A stretch of DNA of 62,359 nt, counting the filler, from Coriobacteriales bacterium (GTDB lineage Bacteria > Actinomycetota > Coriobacteriia > Coriobacteriales > UBA8131), in NCBI GenBank assembly GCA_031263105.1. It is 5 parts of 5 records of this genome, joined end to end, with 100 filler letters (N's around TTAATTAATTAA, not from the genome) between each part and the next. Parts side by side here need not be neighbours in the genome. Positions count along the whole stretch, not along the records: positions 1 to 13,284 come from JAISGJ010000210.1; 4 more parts are not named here. The stretch is one strand, 5' to 3'. A program made the position numbers and the translations under genes. The stretch's first letter is position 1; each line of letters starts with the position of its first letter. The notes below the pieces were generated by a model that searched no databases, was not told the origin of the DNA, and saw only the letters and a list, made by a program, of their open reading frames with translations. Positions 1-8,929 of this stretch are shown in pieces.

Positions 1-528
1 GGGTACCTGGAGCTTGAGAACGCCTCTGTCGTGAAGATGGCCAAGCTCCTCGGCGTGTTCACGGCCATCGACCTCTACTTCTTCGCCTGCGACCTGTTGA
101 CCTCCGGGTTTCCCGGCGGGGAGGGCGGCGAGGTGGTCGCGATGCTTGCCGTCGGCCCTCTTGCGCCCTTCTTCTGGGCGGAGCTCGCCTTTGGGGTCGT
201 CACCCTGCTCGTCGCCTTCATGCCCTCGCTGCGAAGGCCGGGGGCTGTCGTAGGGGTGGCCGTGCTTTCCGTGCTGGCAATCCTCTGCAAACGCATACAG
301 CTGCTGATAGGCGGGTTCCAGCAGCCGAACCTCGACTACGCCGCCCTGACGAGCGGCCCTGCGCTCACCGACGCGGGCGCAGGCCTCGCCGGGCTGGCGC
401 CGGCCCTGGTGTACGTCCCCGCACCCTTGGAGCTCGGCATCGTGACGGGCGTGCTGGGACTCGGCGCAGCGCTGCTGCTCGTGGGGCTGCGCGCCCTGCC
501 GCTCAGGGCGACCGCCGCGCCCAAGTAG
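1..528 (+). CDS. NrfD/PsrC-family molybdoenzyme membrane anchor subunit, 5'-partial
   Basis: Frame open from base 1. Multiple TM helices with FW...G and KRxxLLIGG...YVPAPLELGI motifs typical of NrfD C-termini. Confidence 0.75.
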   Translation, partial: GYLELENASVVKMAKLLGVFTAIDLYFFACDLLTSGFPGGEGGEVVAMLAVGPLAPFFWAELAFGVVTLLVAFMPSLRRPGAVVGVAVLSVLAILCKRIQLLIGGFQQPNLDYAALTSGPALTDAGAGLAGLAPALVYVPAPLELGIVTGVLGLGAALLLVGLRALPLRATAAPK

Positions 529-555
529 CCGGTTCGCGCCGATGAGGGGCCTGCG

Positions 556-927
556 ATGAGGAAGCTCGTCCTCACACTTGCTGTGTTCGCCTTGATGGCC
601 GTCCTCGTCTTTATGGCGGGGACGGCTGCCTCGCCCGAGGGCGCAGCGCTGCCCGAACGCATCACCGCAGAGACGGCGTGCCCCGTTGCAGGCTGCACGC
701 AACCGGACGGCAGCTGCCATGCGGCGGCCCCGGCACCCGAGCCGAACGGCAGCTTCGAGATGCTATGCCCCGTGCGCACAGGGTGCGCCGACGTGTCGTG
801 CCACGCCTGGGACAGGATAGGCGCCACGCGCTCCAAACCCATCGACGCCGCCATGAATCTCTGGATACTTGCACCCGTGGTGTTCACGGCTTTTGGCTGT
901 CATTCGTCCTCCAAAAATACAATCTAG
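556..927 (+). CDS. Small exported Cys/His-rich membrane protein, probably 3'-truncated near 890
   Basis: GAGG RBS, signal peptide, two CPVxxC...CH motifs. The C-terminal hydrophobic segment runs abruptly into AT-rich foreign DNA. Confidence 0.55.
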   Translation: MRKLVLTLAVFALMAVLVFMAGTAASPEGAALPERITAETACPVAGCTQPDGSCHAAAPAPEPNGSFEMLCPVRTGCADVSCHAWDRIGATRSKPIDAAMNLWILAPVVFTAFGCHSSSKNTI

Positions 928-970
928 AAAGCTGCATTGCTTGAGATTACAACTTTTAGAATTGCATTGC
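918..970. promoter_or_regulatory. Two candidate repressor operators TACAA-N9-(T/C)TGCA-TTGC, 30 bp apart
   Basis: 918-940 TACAAtctagaaagCTGCATTGC and 948-970 TACAActtttagaaTTGCATTGC; imperfect palindromes upstream of the repressor gene. Confidence 0.5.
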
Positions 971-1058
971 AAGCGATAAATTGGTATTTTTTTCAAAACT
1001 TCTAGGAATTACGTTTTGAATGGTGGTAAGATACACAACAGAAAGGGAGTTGATAGTC

Positions 1059-1691
1059 TTGAAGTACTCAAACAGACTAAGAGAGGCTAGGAAGAAACTA
1101 GGGTTCAACCAAACCGAGATGGGAGAGTTCCTCGGGACGGTCATGCAAAACTATCAGAAATACGAATACGGCGACCGTCAGCTCCGCTCCGATCAAATAG
1201 CAAAGGTGTGTGGGGCTGTAGGCTGCTCGTCCGATTGGCTCATCATGAACGACAGCCTCCCCAAAGGCGCCATCGTCCCCACGCCCGTCGAGACGGTGCC
1301 CGTCCCCGTCTACGGGCGCATAGCGGCCGGGGAGCCCTTGGAGATGTGCGAGCTCGTCGAGGAGGTGGATGCGCCCGTCACGAAGCGCGAGAGGCACCCC
1401 TACGCGTACTTCCTCATCGTCTCGGGCGACAGCATGAACAACGAGATACTGGACGGGCACCTCGCCCTCATAGACCCGAAGGCGGAGGTCAAGAACGGCG
1501 ACACCGTGGCGGTCAACGTAAACGGCTACGACGCGACGCTGAAGGTCTGGCACAGGACGTCCAACAGCGTCATCCTGTCCCCCAACTCCACCAACCCGGA
1601 GCACAGGGACATCGTGATAGACGAGACGAGCCCCGACGCGCCCAACCTGCGCGTCCTGGGCAAGAAGGTATGGGCGATGTACCCGGAGTGA
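1059..1691 (+). CDS. Phage CI/LexA-like repressor (XRE HTH + S24 autopeptidase)
   Basis: RLREARKKLGFNQTEMGE HTH, RIAAG cleavage site, GDSM catalytic Ser, ATLK catalytic Lys. AGGGAG RBS precedes TTG at 1059. Confidence 0.92.
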   Translation: MKYSNRLREARKKLGFNQTEMGEFLGTVMQNYQKYEYGDRQLRSDQIAKVCGAVGCSSDWLIMNDSLPKGAIVPTPVETVPVPVYGRIAAGEPLEMCELVEEVDAPVTKRERHPYAYFLIVSGDSMNNEILDGHLALIDPKAEVKNGDTVAVNVNGYDATLKVWHRTSNSVILSPNSTNPEHRDIVIDETSPDAPNLRVLGKKVWAMYPE

Positions 1692-1743
1692 GGGGGTGGG
1701 GCAGAAGGCAACAGGCCGTAGGCAAGGAGAAAGGGAGCAAGAC

Positions 1744-2421
1744 ATGAACGAGCAGGGACAGTATCCGCAACCGGCGCAGCAGGGACAGCCTTGGCCGCCT
1801 CCGGCGCAGCCCCCGAAGAAGCCGAAAAGGACGCTGCTTATCGTCCTCATAGTGGTCGGTGCCCTTGTCCTGTGCGGGGCAGTCTCGTCGCTGCTCTCGC
1901 CGTCGACGGATGCGTCGAACGGCAGCGACCCGGATGCGAGCAACGAGGCACCGGCGGCGACGCCCGACCCAGAGCCCGATTTGGAACCTGAACCAGAGAC
2001 AGGGCCGGAACCAGAGCCAGAACCCGAACCGGAAGTCGTTGCGGAAACGGAAGAAGAGTATAAGGCCAAGTGCGAGGAGATTGCCTATACGGACATCATG
2101 AGAAGCCCGGCGTCCTTCGACGGGAAATATGTCGTTTTCACCGGCCGCATCGTCCAGACCGTCAACACCGACCATCTGTTCGGCGACACAGAGTACGGAT
2201 TCAGGGCCTATACGGCAAAAGATGACTATCTCGACGACTACTACGAAGACGCGGTCTATATGTCCTATGTCTACGGCGACGGCGAGCCGCTGTTTCTTGA
2301 GGATGACATCGTGACCGCCTACGGAGTCTGCAAGGGAACCGTCGAGTACGAGACCGTTTTAGGCGATAAGGCAAGCGTCCCGAACATCGAGGCGAAGTAC
2401 ATCGTCCTACAAGGGCAGTAG
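1744..2421 (+). CDS. Membrane-anchored protein with Pro/Glu linker and OB-fold-like (TcdC-like) domain
   Basis: Single TM, (EP)n linker, YTDIMRSPASFDGKYVVFTGRIVQ...EDDIVTAYG motifs. Confidence 0.6.
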   Translation: MNEQGQYPQPAQQGQPWPPPAQPPKKPKRTLLIVLIVVGALVLCGAVSSLLSPSTDASNGSDPDASNEAPAATPDPEPDLEPEPETGPEPEPEPEPEVVAETEEEYKAKCEEIAYTDIMRSPASFDGKYVVFTGRIVQTVNTDHLFGDTEYGFRAYTAKDDYLDDYYEDAVYMSYVYGDGEPLFLEDDIVTAYGVCKGTVEYETVLGDKASVPNIEAKYIVLQGQ

Positions 2422-2490
2422 CCCCGGGGCCGCAGCGGGCGAGGGGGAGGGGGCGCGGAGGGGCCGGAAGGCGGAGAAGAGAGAGGGAGA

Positions 2491-2886
2491 ATGGGCGAGA
2501 AGGACTACGGCAGGTGGATGCCCGTCAAGGCGGGGATACACAACGCCCCGCACCGTCTCATCGGGTACAAGGAGCGCGACATCTGGATATGCAGCCTCGG
2601 AGAGAACATAGGGTTCGAGGAGGACGGGAAAGGCGGCGGGTTCCGTCGCCCGGTGCTTGTCCTGAAGATCTACAACAAGGCGTTCTGCCACGTCGTCCCC
2701 TTGTCCACGACGGACAGGCGGGGCGCCTACTACCACCCGTTCGACGGGCACACGGGAAAGACCAGCGTGGCGCTCCTGAGCCAGTCGAGGGCGGTGGACT
2801 CGGCAAGGCTGAGGCAGAAGGTCGGGTATGCGTCGGAGGGGGACTTCGCCGAGATAAAGCGGAGGCTCATGGAGATCCTGGGCTAG
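2491..2886 (+). CDS. PemK/MazF-family endoribonuclease toxin, no protein antitoxin adjacent
   Basis: IWICSLGENIGFEEDGK...RPVLVLK...VVPLST...SQSRAVDSARL motifs; GGGAGA RBS. Confidence 0.85.
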   Translation: MGEKDYGRWMPVKAGIHNAPHRLIGYKERDIWICSLGENIGFEEDGKGGGFRRPVLVLKIYNKAFCHVVPLSTTDRRGAYYHPFDGHTGKTSVALLSQSRAVDSARLRQKVGYASEGDFAEIKRRLMEILG

Positions 2887-2937
2887 AGAAAGTTCGCCCC
2901 CGCCGAGGCGGGGGCAGTATCCCGAAGGAATTTGTAC
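2886..2937 (-). ncRNA. Candidate ~50-nt small RNA convergent with the mazF-like gene
   Basis: Lies downstream of a near-consensus minus-strand promoter. Folds into UCC-UUCG-GGA and an 8-bp GC stem (2896-2915) followed by GAACUUUCUCU. Confidence 0.55.
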
Positions 2938-2941
2938 GAGG

Positions 2942-2971
2942 ATTGTAGCACGGGAGCGGGGGGCGTGTCAA
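2942..2971 (-). promoter_or_regulatory. Sigma70-type promoter TTGACA-N18-TACAAT with TG extended -10
   Basis: Plus-strand TGTCAA 2966-2971 and ATTGTA 2942-2947, in otherwise very GC-rich DNA. Confidence 0.7.
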
Positions 2972-3034
2972 AGCACACGCACGCCCATGCACGCCCATGC
3001 ACGCCGGCGGACGACAGGAAGGGAGCGGCACGCG

Positions 3035-4123
3035 ATGTCCATACAGGAGTACGCCGACAAGGCGGGGCGGACGCGCTGGCGCGCGCACCTGGAGGTGGGC
3101 AGGCGCCTCGACGGCACGCCGGACCGGCGGTCGAAGGTGTGCGACACGCTCAAGGAGGCGCAGCGGGCGGAGCGGGGGCTCTACATCGTCAGGGACGGGC
3201 TCGCGGGGCGCTCGGACAGGGACACGTTCGGGGCCTACGTCGCCGAGCACTACCTCCCGGCGAAGCGCAGGGAGCTCCGGGGGCTGACCGTCAGGGGGTA
3301 CGAGAGCGTCATCGACAACCACCTCCTGCCCACGCTGGGCGGCCACAGGATGGGCGAGATAAACCGCGCCGTGGTGCAGTCCCTGATCACGGGCCGCAGC
3401 AGCAACAAGGTGGCGAGGAACGCCCGCGACGTCCTGCGGCAGATACTGGGGCACGCCTGCGACAACGGCGTGATCAGGTCGAACCCTGCGGCGGGGAGGT
3501 TCAACTTCCCGGCGAGGGCCGCGACCGACCGCGACAACTCGGGCGCGGTCGTCACCGACCTCTCCGAGCACCGCCGCATCATACGGCTCGCCCGCGACGG
3601 CGGCGAGCCCGTCCTGCCCGTGCTCGTGCTGGGGCTCTGCCTCGGGATGCGCAAGGAGGAGGTGCTGGGCACGGACTGCTCCCACGTGGACCTCGGGGCA
3701 CGGAGGCTCGACGTGCGGCAGTCCTACCTCCACGTGGGCGGGCAGGACAGGCTCGAGCGCCTGAAGAACGAGCACTCGTACCGGACGCTGCCCGTGCCCG
3801 CCCTGGCGCTCGAGCACCTCGCGCCGCTCTGCAGGGACCGGGTCGGCCCCGTGTGCGTCCACAGGGGGCAGCGCATGACGCAGCACCAGGCGCAGAAGCT
3901 CATGCGGGGGTTCGTGGAGAGGCACGGCCTGCCCCGGCTCACCTGCCAGTCGCTCAGGCACTCGTTCGCCACGGCCGCCCTGAAGGCGGGGGTGCCGGTC
4001 GAGCTGGTGTCGAGGATGCTGGGGCACAGCTCCATCACCACCACCTACAACCGCTACGTCAGGCCCACGAAGGACGACGTCATGCAGGTCGCAGAGATGC
4101 TCGACAAGGCGTCCGGCATATGA
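3035..4123 (+). CDS. Tyrosine recombinase/integrase
   Basis: N-terminal arm-binding and SAM-like regions, GMRKEE (R), SLRHSFAT, LGHSSITTTYNRY (H, Y). Confidence 0.95.
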   Translation: MSIQEYADKAGRTRWRAHLEVGRRLDGTPDRRSKVCDTLKEAQRAERGLYIVRDGLAGRSDRDTFGAYVAEHYLPAKRRELRGLTVRGYESVIDNHLLPTLGGHRMGEINRAVVQSLITGRSSNKVARNARDVLRQILGHACDNGVIRSNPAAGRFNFPARAATDRDNSGAVVTDLSEHRRIIRLARDGGEPVLPVLVLGLCLGMRKEEVLGTDCSHVDLGARRLDVRQSYLHVGGQDRLERLKNEHSYRTLPVPALALEHLAPLCRDRVGPVCVHRGQRMTQHQAQKLMRGFVERHGLPRLTCQSLRHSFATAALKAGVPVELVSRMLGHSSITTTYNRYVRPTKDDVMQVAEMLDKASGI

Positions 4124-4228
4124 CGGATAATCTGCCGCATCTATTCACTTTCATGCATAAGGGGGACTGCCCCGGAAAGCCGCTTTGCACATCCGATGCA
4201 CATCGCAACCTGTCTGAGCAGGTGAAGT

Positions 4229-4314
4229 TGGTGTCGGCGGAGGGATTTGAACCCTCACGTCCATTCGGACACTAGCCCCTCAAGCTAGCGCGTCTGCCGT
4301 TCCGCCACGCCGAC
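4229..4314 (-). tRNA. tRNA-Leu(GAG)
   Basis: GTCGGCG/CGCCGAC acceptor stem + ACCA, anticodon arm CTAGC-TTGAGGG-GCTAG, long variable arm, GGTTCAAATCC T-loop. Downstream of secG, as in the secG-leuU arrangement. Confidence 0.97.
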
Positions 4315-4398
4315 ATCTAAACTCTGCGGCCCAGGGCTGCCCAGCCGCCATGCAATCTGCCCTGTAAGAAACATGATCCAACCGCTCCTTCGCCGCAG

Positions 4399-4653
4399 CT
4401 ATGAGGCGATCGAACCCTGGGGGTAAAGCAACATCAAAACGAGGAGGGTGACGAAGAACACGGCCGCGAACACGACGGTGATGCGGTCGAGGTTCTTCTC
4501 CACCAGGCTCGTGCCGGTCGTGTTGTTGTACACGGAGCCTGCGATGATGTCCGAAAGGCCCGTTCCCTTGCCGGAATGGAGCAGCACGAACAGGATCAAT
4601 CCGACACCGGATATGAACCAGATCACGAGCAGGGCTATCAGAAGCGGACTCAA
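4399..4653 (-). CDS. secG: Preprotein translocase subunit SecG
   Basis: Two TMs, VLLHSGKGTGLS and EKNLDRIT motifs. Confidence 0.95.
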   Translation of the reverse strand: MSPLLIALLVIWFISGVGLILFVLLHSGKGTGLSDIIAGSVYNNTTGTSLVEKNLDRITVVFAAVFFVTLLVLMLLYPQGSIAS

Positions 4654-4722
4654 GGTATCACCCTTCCATCAAAAACATGCGGACATGTATGGTACTACAA
4701 ACAGCCCTGACAGGTAAAGGGG

Positions 4723-6039
4723 TCAATACGCCACGGGAAACTCGTCGCCGAACACATCGAGGGCAAGGGTGACGAGAGAGTCGCGTGAGAGCCCCTTAGG
4801 CGCCAGCATATGCTCCTGTGCAAGGTCGTCGGTGTAGTCCCTGAGCAGGTAGGCCTTGTAGCCATGCCAGCCTGGAAGTATCTGGGTCACCGTCGGTCGT
4901 ATCTCGACGTCCTCAAAGGAAAGGCTGCCGTCTACGTCATCGAGACGAATGGTCCATGACGCCATCTCGCCCAACATGCGCTCCGGCTCGTCCTGCGCGG
5001 AGATGAAGTTGCCGAGCGAGTAGATCACCAGGGTCTGGTTGCCCTGCCCGCCCGTTATCATCGTGGTGGGCTGTATCACGTGAGGGTGCGCACCGATGAC
5101 GACATCGACGCCCAGGTCGCTCAGGAAGTACGCAAGCTCGACCTGTCCGTCGCTCGGCACGTGGCTGTACTCGTCGCCCCAGTGCATGCTCACGATCTGC
5201 ACATCGCTGAGCTGCACAAGGCGCTCGACATCCTGTACGATCCTCGGGGTGTCGATGAGGTCGACGAGGTACTCCCCGCCCTCCGGCAGGACAAAGCCGT
5301 TGAGTCCGTAGGTATAGCTCGCCAGACCTATCAGGACTCCGTTCGCCTCGATGACGGTCGGCTGCTGCGCGTCGTCCCACGAGCGATGGGTCCCGGTCTC
5401 GGTCAGGCCGGGGAGGGTGTCGAGGTGCGCAAGCTGCGACCGTATCCCCGCCTCGCCCACATCGAACGAATGGTTGCTGGCCGTGTTTATCCAGTCGAAG
5501 CCCGCCGCCTGCACCGCGTCGAGAATCTCGAAGGGGCTGTTGAAGCAGGGGTAGTCCGCCAAGCCCAGCCCGGTGCCGCCGCAGACGGTCTCCTGATTGA
5601 GGTAGGCCACGTCGGCCTCTTGGACGGTGGCAGCAACGGAGTCGTACATATCGTCGAAGCTGTAGGCGCCGTCTCCCGTCGCATGGCTTTTGTAGATGGA
5701 TGCGTGGATAAGGTTGTCGCCGACGGCGATGAAGCTCACCGTCTTGTGCCGCGTGTCCGACACGGCGTCTTGGGCAGCGCCCTGAGCCGCATCCTGCGCA
5801 GACGCCGCATCGTGCTGAGTGAGCGCGGCCCCCTCGTCGAAGGCGGTTGCCTTGCCTGCCTCGCCCGCATTGTCCGCGAGGCTGAGGCTGTCTGGGTCCT
5901 GGAACGGAGCAGTGCAGGCAACGAGAAGCAGCAGCACCGTGAGCGCCGCCAGCACGGACGCCGCCCGCCGCGCGACAAGGCGGCTCTGCCGCATGCCCCC
6001 GCTCCCCCGCCAAGCGCCCCCTGTACACCTCATGCCCAT
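4723..6039 (-). CDS. CapA-family (PGA_cap) metallophosphoesterase lipoprotein
   Basis: AVGDNLIH, NQET, ASNHSFD, SMHWGDEY, IGAHPHV, YSLGNF motifs; LLVAC lipobox. Start codon uncertain. Confidence 0.9.
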   Translation of the reverse strand: MGMRCTGGAWRGSGGMRQSRLVARRAASVLAALTVLLLLVACTAPFQDPDSLSLADNAGEAGKATAFDEGAALTQHDAASAQDAAQGAAQDAVSDTRHKTVSFIAVGDNLIHASIYKSHATGDGAYSFDDMYDSVAATVQEADVAYLNQETVCGGTGLGLADYPCFNSPFEILDAVQAAGFDWINTASNHSFDVGEAGIRSQLAHLDTLPGLTETGTHRSWDDAQQPTVIEANGVLIGLASYTYGLNGFVLPEGGEYLVDLIDTPRIVQDVERLVQLSDVQIVSMHWGDEYSHVPSDGQVELAYFLSDLGVDVVIGAHPHVIQPTTMITGGQGNQTLVIYSLGNFISAQDEPERMLGEMASWTIRLDDVDGSLSFEDVEIRPTVTQILPGWHGYKAYLLRDYTDDLAQEHMLAPKGLSRDSLVTLALDVFGDEFPVAY

Positions 6040-6278
6040 GCGCCCGCCGTTCTCTCCCTTGTATACTTGACGTGACGATGTGACGATTATACCGCATGGG
6101 AAACCCTTAATATTTCGCCAAGACTTCCATAAGGAAAAGTGACGAGAAACGGCATGGATATTCCACGGGCAGGCCCCTAGACTGGGAGGCTGTGCGGCAC
6201 CTGTGCGGCATGGTCTGTGCACCATGACCTGTGCGACAGGGCCCCATCGGCAGGAGGAACCGAACGAGAGGAGAAGCA

Positions 6279-8918
6279 ATGAGTCCCGATACATCCACGG
6301 CATCACCTTCAGCGCCAGGTATCGATCGGCGCTCCTTTGTCGCCTGGTGCGGCATCCTGGGAGCGGGAGTGGGAGCGGGCGCGGCCTTGAGCGCCTGTAC
6401 GCCCAGCACTGCCCCGAAGGACGGGGAGGAGGACGAGGGAGCGACCGTGCGCGCGTTCGACTACGACACGGTCACGTGGTCGGGCTGCCACGTGAACTGC
6501 GGCAGCCGCTGTCCCCTCAAGGTGTTCGTCAAGGACGGCACCGTCGTCCGCATAGGAAACGACAACGACGGCACGGACGGCTTCGGCCCCGGCGAGCTGT
6601 CGCAGATGCGCTCCTGCGTGCGCGGGCGCACCAACCGTCAGCGCATCTACAACGAGACCCGCGTCCAGAAGCCCCTGCGCCGCGTCGAGGGGACCAAGCG
6701 CGGAGAGGGCAAGTACGAGGAGATCACGTGGGAGGAGGCCATCGCAGACATCGCAAAGACGATGACCGAGATAAAGGAGGAGTACGGCAACGACGCCTTC
6801 TACATCCAGTACGGCACCGGGCAGCTGGGCGGCACCGTCGCGAAGTCGTGGCACCCCGACTCCACGATGTTCGCCCGCCTGATGAACCTTTGGGGCGGCT
6901 ACCTGCGCATGTACTGCGACTACTCGACCGGGCAGATCACCTGGGAGCTTCCTTTGCTCAACGGAGACGCCTGGTCGAACAACGAGGTCACCGACCTCGT
7001 GAACTCCAAGAACATCGTGCTGTTCGGCAACAACCCCGCGAACACGCGCATGAGCGGCTCGGCCATGGTCTACCTCCTCACGCAGGTGCGCCTGCAGAAC
7101 CCCGACGCGCGCATCGTCGTGGTCGACCCGCACCTCTCGGACACCGCCGTGGGCGTGGCGAACCAGTGGGTGCCCATCCGGCCCGGAACCGACATGGCGC
7201 TCGTCTCCGGCATGCTCCATCACCTCCTCAGCTCCGGCAAGCTCGACGAGGCCTTCATCCGTGAGAAGTGCATCGGCTTTTACAGCGACACCTTCGTCGA
7301 GGAGATAAAGCAGGGAGAGCCCCAGGCGCCCACCTTCATGGGGCTCGACACGTCCGGCACCCTCGCCATCACCGAGGACATGTCCTACGAGGCCTACCTC
7401 AGAGGGAGCGGCGCCTACGAAGGCAGCGGCGAGAAGACCCCCGAGTGGGCGGCGGCCATCACCGGCGTCTCCGCAGACGTCATCCGCGGGCTCGCCGACC
7501 TCTACGTCGACGGCCCCACCGCGACCATCCAAGGCTGGGGCCCCCAGCGCCACAGCAACGGCGGCAACAACACCCGGGCGATCGGCCTTATCGCCACGCT
7601 CACCGGCAACGTCGGCATCAGCGGCGGCGGCACCGGTGCGCGGGAGGGCACGGGCGGCGTCTCCTACGCCGTCTCCACGGCGCTCGACTGCTTCCCCGAG
7701 AAGAACACCGTCGAGACCCAGGTCTCGTTCTTCGACTGGTACCAGGCCATCGAGGACTACCGGTCCATGAGCGACACCACCTGGGGCGTGCGCTGGGCAG
7801 GCAAGGACCACGAGTATGCGGAGACCCCCGGCGAGATCACGCTGAAGGCCCCCATCAAGTTCATCTGGAACTATGCCTCCAACGTGATGCTCGGGCAGCA
7901 CGCGGACCTCAACGACTCCCTGCGCATCTACAACCTGCCTGACGAGAAGGAGAGCGGCCTGCGCATGGTCGTGACCGTCGACTGCTATCTGACGCCCACC
8001 GCCCTGGTCTCCGACATCATCCTGCCGGGCACCACCTCCTTCGAGGAGGACGACATCATCACGGGCGGCGGCGGCTGGACCGGCTTCGTGTGCTGCGAGA
8101 GCGCCGCCATCCCGCCGCTGTTCGAGTCGAAGCCCGTGTACGAGATATGCACGCTCCTCGCGGAGCAGCTGGGAATCAAGGACGAGTTCACCGAGGGCAA
8201 GACGCAGCTCGACTGGGTGCAGTGGTGCTACGAGCAGGGCATCGCCGGCGGGGACGAGCTGCCCGCCACCTTCGAGGAGTTCCGTTCGCAGGGGCTCTTC
8301 AAGCAGACCGACACCCACACGCCGGCCGTCGCCACGCACGAGGAGATCGCCACGCCGTCCGGCAAGTACGAGGTCTTCTCGAAGCAGGCATACAACCTCT
8401 CGAAGCAGTGGGACGTCACGGGCGGCGGCTACATCCCCGCCGACGGCCTCGACCAGATAACCGGGCTGCCCATCTATTACGAGAACTTCGAGGGCTTCGG
8501 CGACAGCGCGACCCGGGCGGAGTACCCCTTCCAGCTGATCGGCCACCACGTCAAGACGCGCACGCACTCCTCGTATGGGAACGTCGAGTGGCTGAAGTCC
8601 GTCGCCCCCCAGCAGTGCTGGATAAACGACGGCGACGCCGCAGCCCTGGGTGTTGAGAACGGCGACGACCTCCTCGTCTCGACCAGGCGCGGCAAGACGC
8701 GCATCTCTGCCAAGGTGACCCCGCGCATCATGCCGGGCGTCGTGTCGATCCCGCAGGGCGCATGGTACGAGCCCGAGAGCCGCGACGCTGCCAGCATCGG
8801 CAGCAAGGACGTCCTCGACACGGGCGGCTGCATATCGGTGCTCACCTCGTCACGCCCGACGCCCCTCTCGAAGGGCAACGGCGTCCACTCAAACCTCTGC
8901 AAGATCGAGAAGGCATAA
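6279..8918 (+). CDS. dmsA: DmsA/YnfE-family molybdopterin oxidoreductase catalytic subunit (Tat lipoprotein)
   Basis: DRRSF Tat motif, ALSAC lipobox, CHVNCGSRC Fe-S motif, DYS Mo-ligand serine, RTHSSYGN. Confidence 0.9.
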   Translation: MSPDTSTASPSAPGIDRRSFVAWCGILGAGVGAGAALSACTPSTAPKDGEEDEGATVRAFDYDTVTWSGCHVNCGSRCPLKVFVKDGTVVRIGNDNDGTDGFGPGELSQMRSCVRGRTNRQRIYNETRVQKPLRRVEGTKRGEGKYEEITWEEAIADIAKTMTEIKEEYGNDAFYIQYGTGQLGGTVAKSWHPDSTMFARLMNLWGGYLRMYCDYSTGQITWELPLLNGDAWSNNEVTDLVNSKNIVLFGNNPANTRMSGSAMVYLLTQVRLQNPDARIVVVDPHLSDTAVGVANQWVPIRPGTDMALVSGMLHHLLSSGKLDEAFIREKCIGFYSDTFVEEIKQGEPQAPTFMGLDTSGTLAITEDMSYEAYLRGSGAYEGSGEKTPEWAAAITGVSADVIRGLADLYVDGPTATIQGWGPQRHSNGGNNTRAIGLIATLTGNVGISGGGTGAREGTGGVSYAVSTALDCFPEKNTVETQVSFFDWYQAIEDYRSMSDTTWGVRWAGKDHEYAETPGEITLKAPIKFIWNYASNVMLGQHADLNDSLRIYNLPDEKESGLRMVVTVDCYLTPTALVSDIILPGTTSFEEDDIITGGGGWTGFVCCESAAIPPLFESKPVYEICTLLAEQLGIKDEFTEGKTQLDWVQWCYEQGIAGGDELPATFEEFRSQGLFKQTDTHTPAVATHEEIATPSGKYEVFSKQAYNLSKQWDVTGGGYIPADGLDQITGLPIYYENFEGFGDSATRAEYPFQLIGHHVKTRTHSSYGNVEWLKSVAPQQCWINDGDAAALGVENGDDLLVSTRRGKTRISAKVTPRIMPGVVSIPQGAWYEPESRDAASIGSKDVLDTGGCISVLTSSRPTPLSKGNGVHSNLCKIEKA

Positions 8919-8929
8919 GGAGGCGCCTG

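Larger units (their letters stand above)
890..4228. mobile_element. Decayed prophage/integrative element (immunity + integration module) at the tRNA-Leu 3' end
   Basis: Abrupt GC drop at ~890, then CI-like repressor, accessory genes and a tyrosine integrase ending ~105 bp from the tRNA CCA end. No second att copy found. Confidence 0.75.

Noticed and set aside
878..883. Second att copy (TGGTGT) matching the tRNA 3' end
   Set aside because: Only 6 bp; expected by chance.
6100..6170. Operator palindromes upstream of dmsA (TTCC-ATAA-GGAA, TGGA-TAT-TCCA)
   Set aside because: Too short to assign without comparative data.
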